Shown here: positions 39,159 to 52,622 of the stretch, in pieces
Position numbering within the stretch: the stretch's first letter is position 1
Layout of the letters: each line of letters begins with the position of its first letter
NCBI GenBank assembly: GCA_965112735.1
Contig: OZ218952.1
Coordinates: 5,394,001-5,458,000 of the forward strand
Reading direction: 5' to 3'
Source of the DNA: Phaeosaccion multiseriatum
Lineage: Eukaryota > Protista > Ochrophyta, other classes
DNA length: 64,000 nt
Made by a program: the position numbers and the translations under genes
Notes under the pieces: model-generated
What the model was told of the DNA's origin: nothing
Databases searched by the model: none
The model's input: only the letters and a program-made list of their open reading frames with translations

Positions 39159-40280
39159 ATGGCTACCAATGTGAGTTTGGAAGAGACCTGCTTGCCCCAG
39201 AGGAAATTGCAAGGGGAAGCCAGGGCTTCTTGTCCGTTGTTTCCTCAAGTGTACGTGCCCGATTCACCTTCCCGCGTTCTCTGTTCTGTGTCTAGTGTCC
39301 TCTTGTGCGCGTGCATTGCAGCTCCTGGGGGCGACGGTGTGTCTCCACCTAGTGCTGCATCGCGTTGCAGTGGTTTAGAGCTGCCCCGCTCGCCGACGAT
39401 CCTCAACAATTCTTTTCCCCAATTCTTGTTCCCGCAATACCCTCCTCGCACCCCCCCTTCCCATGTTGCACTTAACTCATTCCCCACCCCCCCCCGTCCC
39501 CTTCCTTGATCCTTACTGGCAGTGGGGAGAGACAGAGGCTACGTACCTCATTATAGGAGCATGTGTCCTCGGATTCATCTTCGCAGGCGTTCAGTTCTAC
39601 TTGGTCGACAGAATCGAAGTCAAGAGCGCCGCCACCGCCTCGAACGAGTCCACGGCTCTTAACAGTCAGCTTGATGACGCCAAGACAGCACTGCTAACTG
39701 AGGTATGCAGCAGCAGGGGGGGGGGGAGAGAGAGGAAGAGGAAGAGGAAGAAACGCAAGCAGGGTTGAGGGGGGAGGGGAATGACGTAGCCGTGTGGGGT
39801 CGACCAGCCGTGTGGACGGTGGCGGTGCACACGCTCTCATGGCGGCCCTCTCTCTGTCTCGCGCTCCCCTCACTCCCTCTCTCTCTCACACACACGCACA
39901 CTCCCTCTCTCTCTCTCTCTCTCCCTCGCCCTCGTCCTCCTCCTCCCACCCGACCTCAACTGCTATTGCTGCCGTATCACAAAGATCTACACGTCAATCA
40001 AGCACGGGGCAGACGCTTTCCTGAACGCAGAGGTAAAGAGCAGTACGCGGGAGGTGAAAAGGGGGTGGTGTCTTGGTTGTCGGGGGCAATCGATTGTCCT
40101 CCCATCGCTTCAGGGTCCCTCGACAAGAGATAATGGATGCGGGTCAGGCCGTGTGAGGGAAGCCTCAACCTTCATGGCGGCAGGAGAGTAGATAGACAGA
40201 CCGTCCACATTCCCATCCACAGCTGCTCACTCACCCATTCAATGACTTAGCTAATCCCTCGCTCACTCTTTTTGCTCTCG

Positions 40281-40313
<33 letters not shown>

Positions 40314-43300
40314 TGTGTGTTGTTTGCACCTCTTTTTCCCTCTCCACGCGCGCGCACACACACAGTATGCTATCTGCATGATCTTTATCGGTACGTGCGT
40401 GTATAGGTGTGTGTGGGGGGGCACAGGGCGCTCGATATGAAGGGCACTACCCTTCATCTGTCTGTACTGTGCTCGCATCTGCCTCTCTGTCTTCCTCTCC
40501 CCCCCTGTTCTCCCCCTCCCTCTCCTTACAAGACGTCCTGCCCCGCCCCCCCCCCCCTCCTCTCTCACTCACTATCATCAACTGCTGTACTTCTTACCAC
40601 CAACTGCTTTGGTACCACCAACTGACACCCCAGTCCTCTTCGGGAGCGTGGTGTTCTTCCTCGTGTCCATCGGGCAAGCCTCTTACGCGCAGGGAGCCTT
40701 TACCACCGTTGCCTTTATCCTCGGAGCTTTCACCTCAATGCTCTCGGGATGGATCGGAATGAAGGTGAGAATGGCCTCCCTCTATCTCTCTCTCTCTCCC
40801 TCTCTTATCTAGTTCCGTCGTATTACGACGGATTATGGAAAGCCCTCTGGTGGATACAGAAGATGATCAAGAGGAGGGGGGGGGGGGGGGCAAGAAAACA
40901 GTGCAAATGTCTGTCCGTGGATGTTTTAATTCATGCAGAGGTGGCGGGCAATTGGGAGGGGCGGTGGGAGGGCCGCCTGTGCTTCGCCTGGATGCCTGAA
41001 TGACCACTCAATACCCCGCTCACTCCCCTCCCTCTATCCCTCCCTCTCACCCTCCCTCCCTCCCGCACGACAGGTCGCCGTCCACTCCAATGTGCGAACC
41101 ACCATCGGTACGTACGTATACACGTTACGTACCCCCATCATTACAAGTATCTTACTCCCTCTCTCTCTTTTTCTCTCTGTAGGTGCACAGCAGCCTGGGT
41201 TCGCCCCGGCCTTCAACGTCGCCTTCCGCGCAGGTGGCGTGATGGGCTTCGCCTTGACGGGAGCGGCCATGGCTGTGCTCTACTCCCTTCTCTTCTTCCT
41301 CCGCCAGGTTAGCCAGGAAGGCAGTCAGTCAACTCAGTCAATCACGCGCACGTCACAATCCACGCCCTACCCTGCCCTATTCACATACCGTGCCCTGCTC
41401 TGCCCTTGGTCATACGCTCCTGCCTGTTGCCTGCCCATACGCCTGCCCTGCTGCCCCACCCTCCAGCACTTCGAGGTGGACCAGTGGGACATCATGATGG
41501 ATTGCGTGTCCGGCTACGGTCTCGGAGGCTCCTCCATCGCCATGTTTGGAAGGGTGGGTGGAGGCATCTACACGGTGAGTGAGTGAGTGAGTGAGTGAGC
41601 GCACTAAGCCCTCCCTTCTTTGTTTCTCTATCTCTGTCTCTTTGTATGTTTCCCTCTCTCTCTGTATGTGTCTGTCTCTTCTCGAATCTCTGTCTCTTAT
41701 CTCGATTCTCTTGTCTCTGTCTCTGTCATTGCCTTGCCTCCGCACTGGTCGACCCTTGTTTGTCGCCGTCGGAGGAGATGGGATGTACAGGCTAAGTTGC
41801 TAACCCCCCCCCCCGCCCCCTCTATCTCTCTCTCTTTCTCTTTCTCTCTATGTGTGTCTTGGTCTCCTTGGTCTCCTCCTCCTGACTCCCGTTTTGATTC
41901 GTGTACCTTCTTTTGTTCTTTCAGAAAGCCGCCGACGTGGGCGCTGACCTTGTGGGGAAGGTTGTGCATGGCATCCCCGAGGACGATCCGAGAAATCCGG
42001 CAACGATTGCCGATAATGTTGGCGGTGAGCGAGCGAGGGAGGGAGGGAGGGAGTGACTTAGGGAAGGACTGAGGCGAGAGAGCTCCAGCCCCGGCCCCTA
42101 GTGAGGGAGGGAGAGGGAGAGAGTCAGTGTAGGGCCAAGAGGGAGAGAGTCAGTGTAGGGCCAAGAGGGAGAGAGTCAGTGTAGGGCCAAGAGGGAGAGA
42201 GTCAGTGTAGGGCCAAGAGGGAGAGAGTCAGTGTAGGGCCAAGGTCTCCACACGCTGCTGCCCTTACCCTCCCCCACGTATTTACTTGCGTACCTTATGG
42301 GACCTTGCTGCCTGTCTCCTCTCTCCTTTCTCCTCTCTCCTGTCCGTCCGTTCGTCCGTTCGTCCGTCCGTCCGTTCGTCCGTTCGTCCGTCCGTCCTCA
42401 GACAATGTTGGAGACGTCGCTGGAATGGGTAAGTCGGAAGTCGCGCAGCGGGCCATGACTTGTCTCTGACCTCTCGGACCTATGGCCGTCATATCTGATG
42501 AAGGCCTCTGACCTCTCGGACCTATGGCCGTCATATCTGATCGTCCTCTCGTGTCGTCTCACGCTGTGTCGTCTTGCCTCCTCTCTCGTCGTATCTCGCC
42601 TTTCCAGGCGCCGATCTGTTCGGCTCCTACGCCGAATCCACCTGCGCCGCTCTCGTCATCGCCGCCACTTGCGACAGGTGAGCGAGGGAGTGAGTGAGTC
42701 ATTGAGTGAGTGAGAGTGTGCGTGAGTGGGGGAGTGAGTCAGTCAGTGGGTCAGTGAGTGAGTGAGTGAGTTGAGAGAGTCAATGAGTGATGAAGTGATG
42801 GAGTGAGTCAGTCAGTGAGAAAGTGAGTGATGGAGCTGAGATAGTCAGTGAGAAAGTGAGTGAAGCAGTCAGAGGCAAGGGTGCTCCTTGTGGCCGGGTC
42901 TGGCCCGGCTGAGCCTGAAGTGGAGAGGCGGATGCGTTTACTGCCGCAGCCGAGGCACAGGTGGCACGCACGCTTCTCATCACCGTTCTCGTTTGCTTCT
43001 TCGCCTCCTCATACATCACAGTATATCCCTAAGGTCGTTTGCACCCGCCGCGCCGCTCCTCGCAGAGCACTCTCGTTTGCCTCCCCACACGCCTCTCCTT
43101 CCCCCCCCTCTCTCTCTCCCTCTCTCTCTCTTGTTTGCCTCCCCTAACACCATCACCGCCCCCTGTCCCGTGCTTTCCTGTCCCTCCCCGCTCCACGCCC
43201 CGCATCATTCAAGCCTCGTATCCGCGGGCTGGGGCGCCGTCGTGTTCCCCATCGAGGTTTCCGCGGTGGGCATTATCGTGTGCTTCCTCACCTCCTTCCT

Positions 43301-44651
43301 GGCCACCAACATCTTGCCCGTCCGCTCCGAGGAGGGGGTGGAGCACGCTCTCAAGCTGCAGCTCATCGTCACCACGCTCCTCATGGTGCCCAGCGTCTAT
43401 GCCCTTGCCATGAACTTCCTGCCTAACGAGTTCTTCATCCTGGGTAAGTGGGTGGTGTAGTATGTCAATGGGTGGGTGGGTTGTGGGGTGCCCCCCCGCC
43501 CGCCGTCCTGTCATCCTGACCATCACCTGGACACTCATCGTGTCACACCCTACCCTTACCCTCGCCCATTCCGCCACCCCGACCACCGTGGCTTCGCTCC
43601 CAGGTGTGGCCGGCGGAGTGACCGCGACCCCCTTCGACGCCTTCATGTGTGTGTCCTGTGGAGTGGTGGGCGGGCTCGTCATCGGCCTCGTCACTGAGTA
43701 CTACACCTCACACTCCTACGCTCCCGTCCGCGAGGTGAGAGGAGGCCTATGTACATGCCGACTTGCCGACCTACCCACTTACCTACCTAGCAATTAGGCC
43801 GAAGGGCAAGGGGTCTCTCTCTGTGGGTGTGTGGCCTCTGTCTCTGTCTCCCTCTCTTAACTCACTCGGTGTGTCTTCCCTGTCCATCTCTCCCCCTCTC
43901 TCCCCCCTTCTCTCTTATACAATCAATCAATCCACAAACCAATCATCTATCCATCCTTTCAACAGGTGGCCTTGTCCTGCAAGACTGGCGCCGCCACCAA
44001 CATCATCTACGGCCTCTCCCTGGGCTACAAGTCCACCATCATCCCTGTGTTCGTGCTCTCGGGCTGCATTGGCCTGTCCTTCACCCTCTGCGAGACGTAC
44101 GGAGTGGCCCTCGCGGCCATCGGAATGCTCTCCACGCTGGCCACGGGTCTCACCATTGACGCCTACGGCCCTGTGTGCGACAATGCCGGAGGTAAGAGAG
44201 GGTGGTATCAGGACTGCGGGGACAGAGGGAGAACGGAGAGCACGCACGCGCACATGCACACGCACGCACGCAAACACAAATGCACTCACCAGACTGCCCT
44301 CTCTCTCAGCGGCCTTACACTCCCCACCTCTCTCCACCCCGCCCCCCTTCCTCCTCAGGCATTGCCGAGATGTGCCAGCTTGACCCCAGTGTGCGTGAGA
44401 AGACCGATGCCCTTGACGCCGCCGGAAACACCACCGCCGCCATCGGAAAGGTAACGCCAATCACCCACTTCAAGCCCCCCCCTCCCTTCAACATCATTGC
44501 ACGCTCGCCGCCGCCGAGGATATTCACCTCGCTCTGATGTGCTTGGCTTGGTGGACCGACTGAAGGAACGAGTCGGTCTTTTGTCTAAGCTGCATTTTGT
44601 CTATTCAAACTTTGTCTCATCTTGTCTGTCTGTCTATCTGTCTGTCTGTGG

Positions 44652-44687
<36 letters not shown>

Positions 44688-46745
44688 TGTCTGTCTTTCT
44701 ATCTGTCTGTCTGCCTGTCTGTCTTGTCTGTCTGTCTTGTCTGTGTGGCGTGTTGGATCTCTTCGCACAGGGCTTCGCCATCGGCAGTGCCGCTCTCGTG
44801 TCTCTCGCTCTGTACGGCGCCTTTGTGACTCGCCTTGGTATCAAGGGAGGCGTCAATATCCTGGAACCCCTGACCTTCAGCTTCCTCGTCATTGGGGCCA
44901 TGCTTCCCTACTGGTTCAGCGCCATGGTACGTATCACCAACTATCTGCTGCTGCTGTACCACCAACTGCTGTACCACCAGCTTCCTTTGTTCTGGTTTTC
45001 TGCGCTGTGCTGTTCGCCTCTATCTGCAATTTCCCAAGTCGGAAACCGATTTGAGATAACCTCTCCTCCCCCTCACTCTCTCCTTCTCTCCCCCCTCCCC
45101 AAACCACCAACAGACGATGAAGGCCGTCGGAGAGGCCGCTATGGAGATGGTGGAGGAGGTGCAGCGTCAGTTCGATGATAACCCGCGTCTGCTCGACGAG
45201 GGCACCGCTGAACGCCCTGACTACCAACGATGTATCGCCATCTCCACCCGTGCCTCGCTGCAGCACATGATTGCTCCGGGAGCCCTGGTGATGCTTGCTC
45301 CTCTGCTGGCGGGTACCTTCTTTGGCGTGTATGCGGTGTGCGGTGTGTTGACGGGCGGGATGGCGTCAGGCGTGCAGGTGGCGATTTCCATGTCCAACAC
45401 GGGAGGCGCGTGGGACAATGCCAAGAAGTGAGTGAGCGGGAGGGGACGAATGGGGGGGGAGGGAGGAAGGGAAGGAGGGGGCTGGGAGGGAGGAAGGGAG
45501 CGGGAGGGGGTGACTCTTGGAGGAGAGGGGGGATTCTGAAAGGGGCACACGTCACACATCACGCGTGGGTCGAGCTGTGAGTGATTGCGTGCCGACTTGT
45601 TGCTCGGGGAATGAATGTGTGTGTATCTTCGTATCCATCTGTGAACCCTACTGACGCATCCCCCGCCTCTACTCTCTCCCCCACCGCTGCCTCCCCCACA
45701 CACCTACACGTCGCCTGCCTTGCCTGCCCTTGCTCGCTACCCTCCTCTCCTCTCCTCTCCCCTCCCCTCCCGAAGGTACGTCGAGAAAGCCTCGCCCGAC
45801 TCTGAGCTCAGGGGCAAGGGCTCGGACATTCACAAGGCTGCCGTGGTGGGAGACACCGTGGGTGAGTGAGGGAGTGAGTGGGGAAGGGATGGCTGTGGAT
45901 GGATGGATGGATGGATGGATGGATGGTGGTGGAAGGGGGGATGACACGGGACGGATGTAGACATGCCCAGGCGCTGCTCTGTACGCTCGTGCTGAACGTC
46001 ATTAGCGAGAGGCTGGTGTTTTCATGGCCTTCTTGTTCGGCGTTTTGTTGACCTCTATCCCTTGCTCTCGCTCTGTGCCCCCCCCTTGCTGCGACCCCCG
46101 CCCTCCTGGCCCCTCGCCGCAACCCCCCTCTTTCGCATCCTGCAGGCGACCCGCTTAAGGTAAGACTGACACACGCAATTAGAGAGACGAGAGAGTGTGT
46201 GCCTTGCGTACATGCGTGGGTGTGTGCGTGTTTGTGGGGACGGAAATGCTGCAGTTGGCAGTACGTAGGGCCAAGCTGTCGCTCGAGAGTGCCATACGTC
46301 ACTCCTTCTCCCCTGCTTCCACCTCTCACCCCTGTCCATGTGGCTGTATTGTATTGTCCCCTTTCCGTTGGTCTTGCCTTCTGCAGGATACTTCCGGACC
46401 CTCCCTCAACATTCTAATGAAGGTAAGGAAGGCAGAGCACATCCCCCCGTGTCCACGTGTCACTCGTTTCTATTGTGTGTGTGTCAGTGTGTGAGTAGAG
46501 CGAGCAGGCTGCTCGCCTTGCCCGTGCCTCCTCGCTTGTGCGTGTGTGGATTGCTCGGCTGCCCCCCCCCACCTCCTCCACTCTACGTCTGACAAGTCGT
46601 TCCCCTCCTCCCCGTTTCCTCCCCCTTCTCTCCTCCTGTCCTACGGTAGTTGATGGCCATCATCTCTCTTGTCTTCGCCGAGTACTTCCTGGCTATCAAC
46701 GAGGGACGCGGCCTCCTTAACATTCAGCACAACGCGCTGGACTAA
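39159..46745 (+). CDS. Membrane H+-translocating pyrophosphatase, K+-dependent (AVP1-like)
   Basis: 21 phase-consistent exons. Motifs [131 protein letters not shown] (Ala) indicates the K+-dependent type. Confidence 0.97.
42113..42242 (+). repeat. 26-bp minisatellite x5, intronic
   Basis: Five exact tandem copies of GAGGGAGAGAGTCAGTGTAGGGCCAA. Confidence 0.95.
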
Positions 46746-47318
46746 GCAGCGAGTCGAGTCACAAATGACACAGCAGGAGAAGCAGTACGATAGTAGCAGC
46801 AGCAGCAGCGGCAGCAACAGGAGGAAAGCGCAAGACAAAAAAAGTTGCGCACCCGGGTTGCTTGGGCTGCCAAGAGAGAGAGAGGCGCCGTCGCCTCTGG
46901 ATGTGCAGACACTGGGTATTCGACCACTGGCGACGCGCGCAGTGCAGTCGACATAGAGGAGGGGGGTTTGATTTCGACTGGGGGCGTGGGGGTGTGCGTG
47001 CGTACGTGCGTGCGTGCGTGAATGGGGAGGAATTTACATGAGGGGTTCTTTTGGGGGCTCACAGGATCGCCCAAACTTGCAACGCGTGGAGAGTGAATGA
47101 ATGAATGAATGAACATGAATGACAACGGAAGGCGTCGCCTTCACTGACATGTGGCCTCCCTGATCACTGGAAGGGCGTCGCCTTGACTGATGTGAGGCAC
47201 TGATCACTGCTTGCTTGAGATGCATTCAATCGACACATCGCATTATTAGTTGGAGATAAGCGGAGGAGAGCGCAGTTGGTGATACAGCAGCAATTCCAGC
47301 GCTCGTCCCTCACTCGCT

Positions 47319-49436
47319 TCAGCCGAGCAAGAGCCCGTCTGTGCGCGACTGCGACTGTCTGCTGCTGGTTTTGCTGCTGCTCTTGCCCTTGCTGCTGCTG
47401 GAAGCGCGAGAACCCCCCCCCCCACCACCATACCCGCTGCCGTACGGAGTCATGCTTTTCGCCCCCCTCGATCCTCCCTGAGAACGGCCGCCGCCCCCCC
47501 CCCCTCCACCCCTGCTTCTGCTTCTGCTGCTGCTGCTGCCAGCGCTAAGGAAGCCCCCAAAGGGTGTTGCTTGGCGGGGCAGGCCGGTGCTGAGCCTACT
47601 TAGGACTGCCTGCTTGGCGGGAGTCATCGCCCCTCCACCGGGCGTCCTCCCCCTACTACTTCTACTACTGCTACTGCTCGTTCCCCTGCTGTTAGTGCTA
47701 TTACCTCCACCACCGCCGCTCTTCTTCTTTGCGGTCTCTGCCTCCAGGCGATGTGCCAGCGCCTCTCTCCTCGGCTGCTGCTTGAGCTCAAAGCCCTGCC
47801 CATATGCCCCCATACCACCCCCCGGTCCACCCAAAGCACTCGCCATGAGAGCTGCGTCCAGCGCCTGCCCATATGCCTGCTGCTGCTGCCCGCCCCCCCC
47901 GCCCGCATCTCCTCCTTCTTCCCCTCCGAGCCTCAATGGCGTCCCGTCTACCTCCCCCCACGTCATCATAGGACTCTGCCCAGCGGCCCCCGGCTCGATG
48001 AGGGGCGTCATGGTAACCGGATGGTATTCTTTCTCCTCCTTCTTATTGCCCCTCCTCCTCCCCTCCTCGCCCTCGACACCGCCCACTCCTTCGAGGGCGT
48101 CGAGCTCCATGACCGAAGAGCGCGAGGAGTCCGGCCGCTCAAGCAAGGGAGACGGGGTCGGAGGAAGCCCCAAGGCCCGACGGGCGTGGTTGTTCTGGCC
48201 GTGCAAGAAGGCTCCGCTGAGGCGAGTGGAGCGGTGCTGAATCTGCTTCCTGTTCTTCTTGAGCAGCTCGCTGTGTGGGCCGCGACGAGACGCAGACGCC
48301 TCGCGCAAATCGAGCTCTCTCCCTCCTCCTCCCTCCTTGCCCCCTTCCCCCACCTCGTCCTTACCCTCGCCGCTGCAGGAAGGCTCGTCCGCCACTCTCC
48401 GCCGCTTCTTGGCCTTCCAGCCGATGCTGGGCGCCGCCTGCCCCTGCCCACCCTGCAGCCGCAACCGCTCCTTCTCCCCCTTCTCCTCCTCTGCATCACC
48501 ACCTTCAATCGTCAACTGTGACGCCCTCGCTGCAGCCGCTGCCGCTTCAGCAGGCTTGTCGATCCTGCACGTATCGTACGAGATCTCGCGCTCTGGCGGG
48601 AACATGAGTTGGTTGCGGGCACGGTACTTCCACGTGCCCAACTGGGTGGGCCGCTTGTCCCCCCTTTGCGCCTCCGTCTCGCACGCCTTGTCCATCACGG
48701 CCCTCCTCTCCCCCGTCATGACCTCCCCGTTCTTCATGATGTACAGCTGCGGCTTGCTCGAGTCCCCCCCCAGAGCGTCCAAAGCCCCCTCGTATGACCA
48801 CCAGTACTTGCGCCTCCGCTCGGCCTGGTCCTGCTCCAGGATCTGCTGGAAGCTCTCATTGTCCTCCGACGTGTGCGTGCGCTGAAACTCTGTCAGAGAC
48901 ATGCCGGTGGTGTCGAGCGTGGCTCCTCCCGCTCGGCCCTCGTCCTCTTCCTCTTCCTCCTCGTCCTCCTCCATCTCGCCCCCCACCGTCCCCGCTGGCC
49001 GCCACGGCGAAGGAGAACGCGCAGGCGTGGCCGAGGGTGCATCGAACCGCCTCTGGTCACTCCACAGTGCCTTGTGCTCCGCAGCCAAGGAGGCCTGTGT
49101 GTCTCGGTCCTCGATGGTCCCCATGCCCCGCGCCCGAAGCAACCATTTGACGTGCCTCTCCATCAACGGAAGCTCCGGGAAAAAGTCCCTCTCTATAATA
49201 TCCTCCAGCGCCTCCACGAAGCGCTCCTCCTCCAGCACCTGCTTGCGCCCCAGGCGAGAGCGATAGCCAGCCCCCGCTGGAGGCGCTGGCGGAGGCATCG
49301 TCTCAGGGTCCTTCACCTTCTTGGCGGGCAGCACGGTGAGTTTCGAGCCCCCAATCTCCATCCTACGCAGGGGGGAAGGCGTAGGAGCTGGTCGCCTCCC
49401 CCCCCCCCCCTCTTCGCTTCCTCGCAGGCGCTTCAT
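47319..49436 (-). CDS. ESS2: Splicing factor ESS-2/DGCR14 homolog, intronless (~705 aa)
   Basis: VLEEERFVEALEDIIERDFFPEL, SLTEFQRTHTSEDNESFQQIL, YRARNQLMFPP, SPMMTWGEVDGTPLRL, C-terminal TDGLL. First ATG at 49436. Confidence 0.92.
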   Translation of the reverse strand: MKRLRGSEEGGGGRRPAPTPSPLRRMEIGGSKLTVLPAKKVKDPETMPPPAPPAGAGYRSRLGRKQVLEEERFVEALEDIIERDFFPELPLMERHVKWLLRARGMGTIEDRDTQASLAAEHKALWSDQRRFDAPSATPARSPSPWRPAGTVGGEMEEDEEEEEEDEGRAGGATLDTTGMSLTEFQRTHTSEDNESFQQILEQDQAERRRKYWWSYEGALDALGGDSSKPQLYIMKNGEVMTGERRAVMDKACETEAQRGDKRPTQLGTWKYRARNQLMFPPEREISYDTCRIDKPAEAAAAAARASQLTIEGGDAEEEKGEKERLRLQGGQGQAAPSIGWKAKKRRRVADEPSCSGEGKDEVGEGGKEGGGGRELDLREASASRRGPHSELLKKNRKQIQHRSTRLSGAFLHGQNNHARRALGLPPTPSPLLERPDSSRSSVMELDALEGVGGVEGEEGRRRGNKKEEKEYHPVTMTPLIEPGAAGQSPMMTWGEVDGTPLRLGGEEGGDAGGGGGQQQQAYGQALDAALMASALGGPGGGMGAYGQGFELKQQPRREALAHRLEAETAKKKSGGGGGNSTNSRGTSSSSSRSSRGRTPGGGAMTPAKQAVLSRLSTGLPRQATPFGGFLSAGSSSSRSRSRGGGGGGGGRSQGGSRGAKSMTPYGSGYGGGGGGSRASSSSKGKSSSKTSSRQSQSRTDGLLLG

Positions 49437-49562
49437 AGGTAAAGTTAGTAAGTTTTTTTGGGGAAGGAAATCCAGTTTTAGTTTCAGCTCGACAGGCTTT
49501 GTTCCTTCTCTCCCTCTCTCCCTTCCTTCCTCAGGCGCGCTGCTCCGGCTGGGGGGGAGAGA

Positions 49563-50628
49563 ATGGCCTTGGTGGGGGCGAGTCTGACAGTGAGCGAGTC
49601 GTTTCTTTGCGCAGCTCTCTTGGCTTGTGCAGGGGTGGCGCTCTGGGTGCTGCAGGTGCTGTGGACACTGCCCCTCTGGCGGCGGCGCAGAGGTGCATGG
49701 GACCCGCTCCAAGACTGTCGCAGGGGGGAAGGCAAGAGCAGCAAGCACGCCAACGTCAGAAGTATCATCGTCCTTGGCTCAGGTGAGATGTGCCCTTTCT
49801 TCTCCATCACGGAGGGCTGGCCTCACTAGTGCTGAGCCTCTTTCCTGTTTGTCGTGTGTGTCGGTTGCCGCAACGCCGCACAGGAGGGCACACATCCGAG
49901 ATGCTACGCCTCAGCAGTGCCTTGGACCCGAAGGTCTACACCTCCATCACCTACGTGGCGGCAGACACAGACCACACGAGCGTGCACCGCATCCCCCCGG
50001 AGCAGCTCAACAGCAAGTCTGGGCCATGCAGAGCGCGACTCGTGTCCATCCCTCGCAGCCGGGAAGTTGGTCAGTCGTGGTTGTCTACGGTGGGGTCCAC
50101 TCTCAAGGCGCTTGTCAAGAGCTTCACCCTCGTTGCGAGGTTCAGGCCCGACGTTATTCTTGTCAACGGTCCAGGTGCGTGTGTGTGTGAGGGAGACAGA
50201 GTTTAAGGCAACAGGAAGGCAAACGCGACCATCAATCAGTAGCGACTCCTTCTGGGCCTCCTGCTAAGCCCGACTCCCCTGAAGGCGCCTCTCTCTCTCT
50301 CTCCTGATGATGCCGTGTGCTCCCCCGTCTGCCGACCTCAAACCCACCATCCGCCCACCCACCCACCCACTCGCCGATGCTTGGTACTCATCCCACCCAC
50401 CCAGGCACGTGTGTCCCCATCTGTATGTGGGCTCTCCTCCTGCGCTCGCTGCCCCTGGTGCGGCGCTGGCGAGGAGTGGTGATTGTCTTCTGCGAGAGCT
50501 TCTGCCGAGTGGACTCCTTGTCTCTGACGGGCAGGCTGCTGTACCCCTTCGTGGACCGCTTCGTCGTGCACTGGCCGGAGTTGCTCCACAAGTACCCCAG
50601 GGCGGAGTATGTGGGCCCTCTCCTGTGA
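49563..50628 (+). CDS. ALG14: UDP-GlcNAc transferase subunit ALG14
   Basis: Exons 49563-49782, 49884-50175, 50405-50628. N-terminal TM, IVLGSGGHTSEM, IPRSREVGQS, PDVILVNGPGTCVPIC, ESFCRVDSLSLTG, FVVHWPEL. Confidence 0.95.
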
Positions 50629-51872
50629 TTGACTTATGAGCTGGCTACGGGGCTTGTTTGCTGTCGGCGGGCGGCACGAACAGAAGATACCTCAAATGCT
50701 GAGCAGGAGGAGGAAGATCAGATCTGCGATTGATGAAGAAGCACAGCGGAGCTACTCCCGTTTTTGGATAGGCCGATGCCTCTCTGCGGACATGGAGGTT
50801 GGGCAAGCCGTACTCCTGTCCTCTGGAGAGCCTGCCTGCCCGCCTGGTGAAGGAGCTTCGGGTGGGAGGGGAGGTGCGGATCTGGCCGAGGGGCTTAGGG
50901 TGGTGTTGTGTGGTACATAATCGTGCTCTTTGTGGACGGCCTCACACACACGACATCAGAATACCCGTCCCGCTGAGACCCCTTTATGTGACCTGAGGTC
51001 GACATGACCAGGCTGAGGAGGAGGAGGAGGAGGAGGAGGAGGAGGAGGAGGAGGAGGAGGAGGAGGAGAGGCCTCACCTACCATGAGGAGGACCGATGGC
51101 AAGGGGGAGTACGTACCGATCCCCTTGTCGATGCTGAGGACAGCGGAGGTTGGCTCAGCAGGGGGGCATTCTGATGGTGAGGTTCTTCGGAGGACTGTCC
51201 ACGCCCTCGAGGAGGAGGAGGAGGAGGAGGAGGAGGAGGAGGAGGAGGAGGAGGAGGAGGAGGAGGAGGAGGAGAGCGACAGCAGATCCCTCACGAGCCT
51301 CAGATCTGCGATGAGCACGGCCCACTGGTGAGCACAGCCGGCAAGCAAAGGGGGGCAGGGTGGCTTGCCACGCAGCATGTCCGTGTGCTTTGCGAAGCTC
51401 TTTCGCCCCCCCCCTACCAGGGCGAGGGCTGGCGCGGGAGGGCGAAGAGAGGGTCCGCTCGCTGGGCAACCCGCTGCTGGTGTGGCTAGAACGAGTGGAG
51501 CTCCCCCCTGCTGGCCAGAGCAGACCCTGGAACAACCTGGCTGCTGACAGAAGTGGGATGCTAGCCGGTGCCAACTGGCCGAGGGAACCCCAGCACCCTG
51601 TCAGCCTGAAGCTGCCTCCCTGCCTCCCCACCTACCCTCTGATGTCCAGAGGACATCAAGGAGCAGGAGCGATGCGGCGGGGGCAGAGGGTGCCATCTGA
51701 GGAGGAAAAGGAGGAGGGAACTCGGGCAGCCGATACCCCTCTGCACGGGGGGGTACAAGCAATGGTAGACGTGTCGCAAGGAGGAAACCGGGCCTCGCCT
51801 CAGCCCTTGACGACCCACAGCCCAAGGCCTCTTGCTCGCTGGCTCCTCCTCCTGCCCCGTACACACTTATGG

Positions 51873-51972
51873 TAGACCCCTGACGTGACGCACTATCGCC
51901 CATTCTCGATAGCGGATAGCGGATCGGCTGGCGCCGGCGATAGCGGATAGCGGATAGTGCGTCAGGGGTCGA
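51873..51972. mobile_element. Short solo family-A MITE (100 bp)
   Basis: TAGACCCCTGACG(TGACG)CACTATCGCCCA ... GATAGTGCGTCAGGGGTCGA, homologous to 18566-19084. TSD imperfect at best (ATGGTA/ATAGTA). Confidence 0.8.
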
Positions 51973-52622
51973 ATAGTATGCGCACGTAGGCAGAGAAGAA
52001 ATATAAGGGGTGCTTGGGAGTTAGATGGAGTTCGGTGGAGCTGGCACATTCGAAAGCGGTGGGGAGAGACACGGCCCGTCGGAGTAGGCCGAGAGGTCGC
52101 ACAGTTTGGGGGGCTCACATTTTGGAATCCTCCTCGGGCAATACATTTTGGGCCCAAATCCCACGGAAATTCCCCTGTCCCCTTAAATTGGGGAGTGGCG
52201 AATCTAGTTCCCCTTTCGATCCTCTCCGCAGACGAAGCGCAATTGAAAGCAGGAAAGTCAGCAGGTTGCAGCAAACCTTTCACTTTGGTTCCACAGCAGC
52301 TCAGAGGCGGGGGCTTGATAGAAAGGAGGGCGAAAGGTGCGAGAACAGTCGACTCAGCCAAGGAGAGGCATAGAAGTGAAGCAGCCTGTAACCCGCCCTC
52401 GCTCGCAAGCGATCACACCATCGGCAGTTCAGCTGAAGAATTCCTCCTCCTCCTCCTAGTTTTCTCTGCGCTATGAGAGCAGCAGGCACCCAGAGCACCG
52501 ACTAGCCCTACTAGTAGAGGAGTAGCTACCTTCGGCCGGGTGCCACTGGTGGGGGTAAGCTGTCCGTGCGGGGCGGAACAACAAGAACAAAAGGAGCTGC
52601 CGCTTCGTCTTGAACGTGCAGG

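Noticed and set aside
42113-42242. CRISPR-like appearance of regular repeats (also 7760-7860)
   Set aside because: Head-to-tail units with no unique spacers, intronic, eukaryotic context, no cas genes.
49437-49748. 5' extension of the ESS2 ORF overlapping ALG14
   Set aside because: Starts at a non-ATG codon and is the antisense of ALG14 exon 1; ATG 49436 is preferred.
50636-51870. Possible additional gene between ALG14 and the solo MITE
   Set aside because: Splice-like signals and poly-Glu/Ser frames exist, but I could not build a consistent model or recognise a domain. Left unannotated, not excluded.
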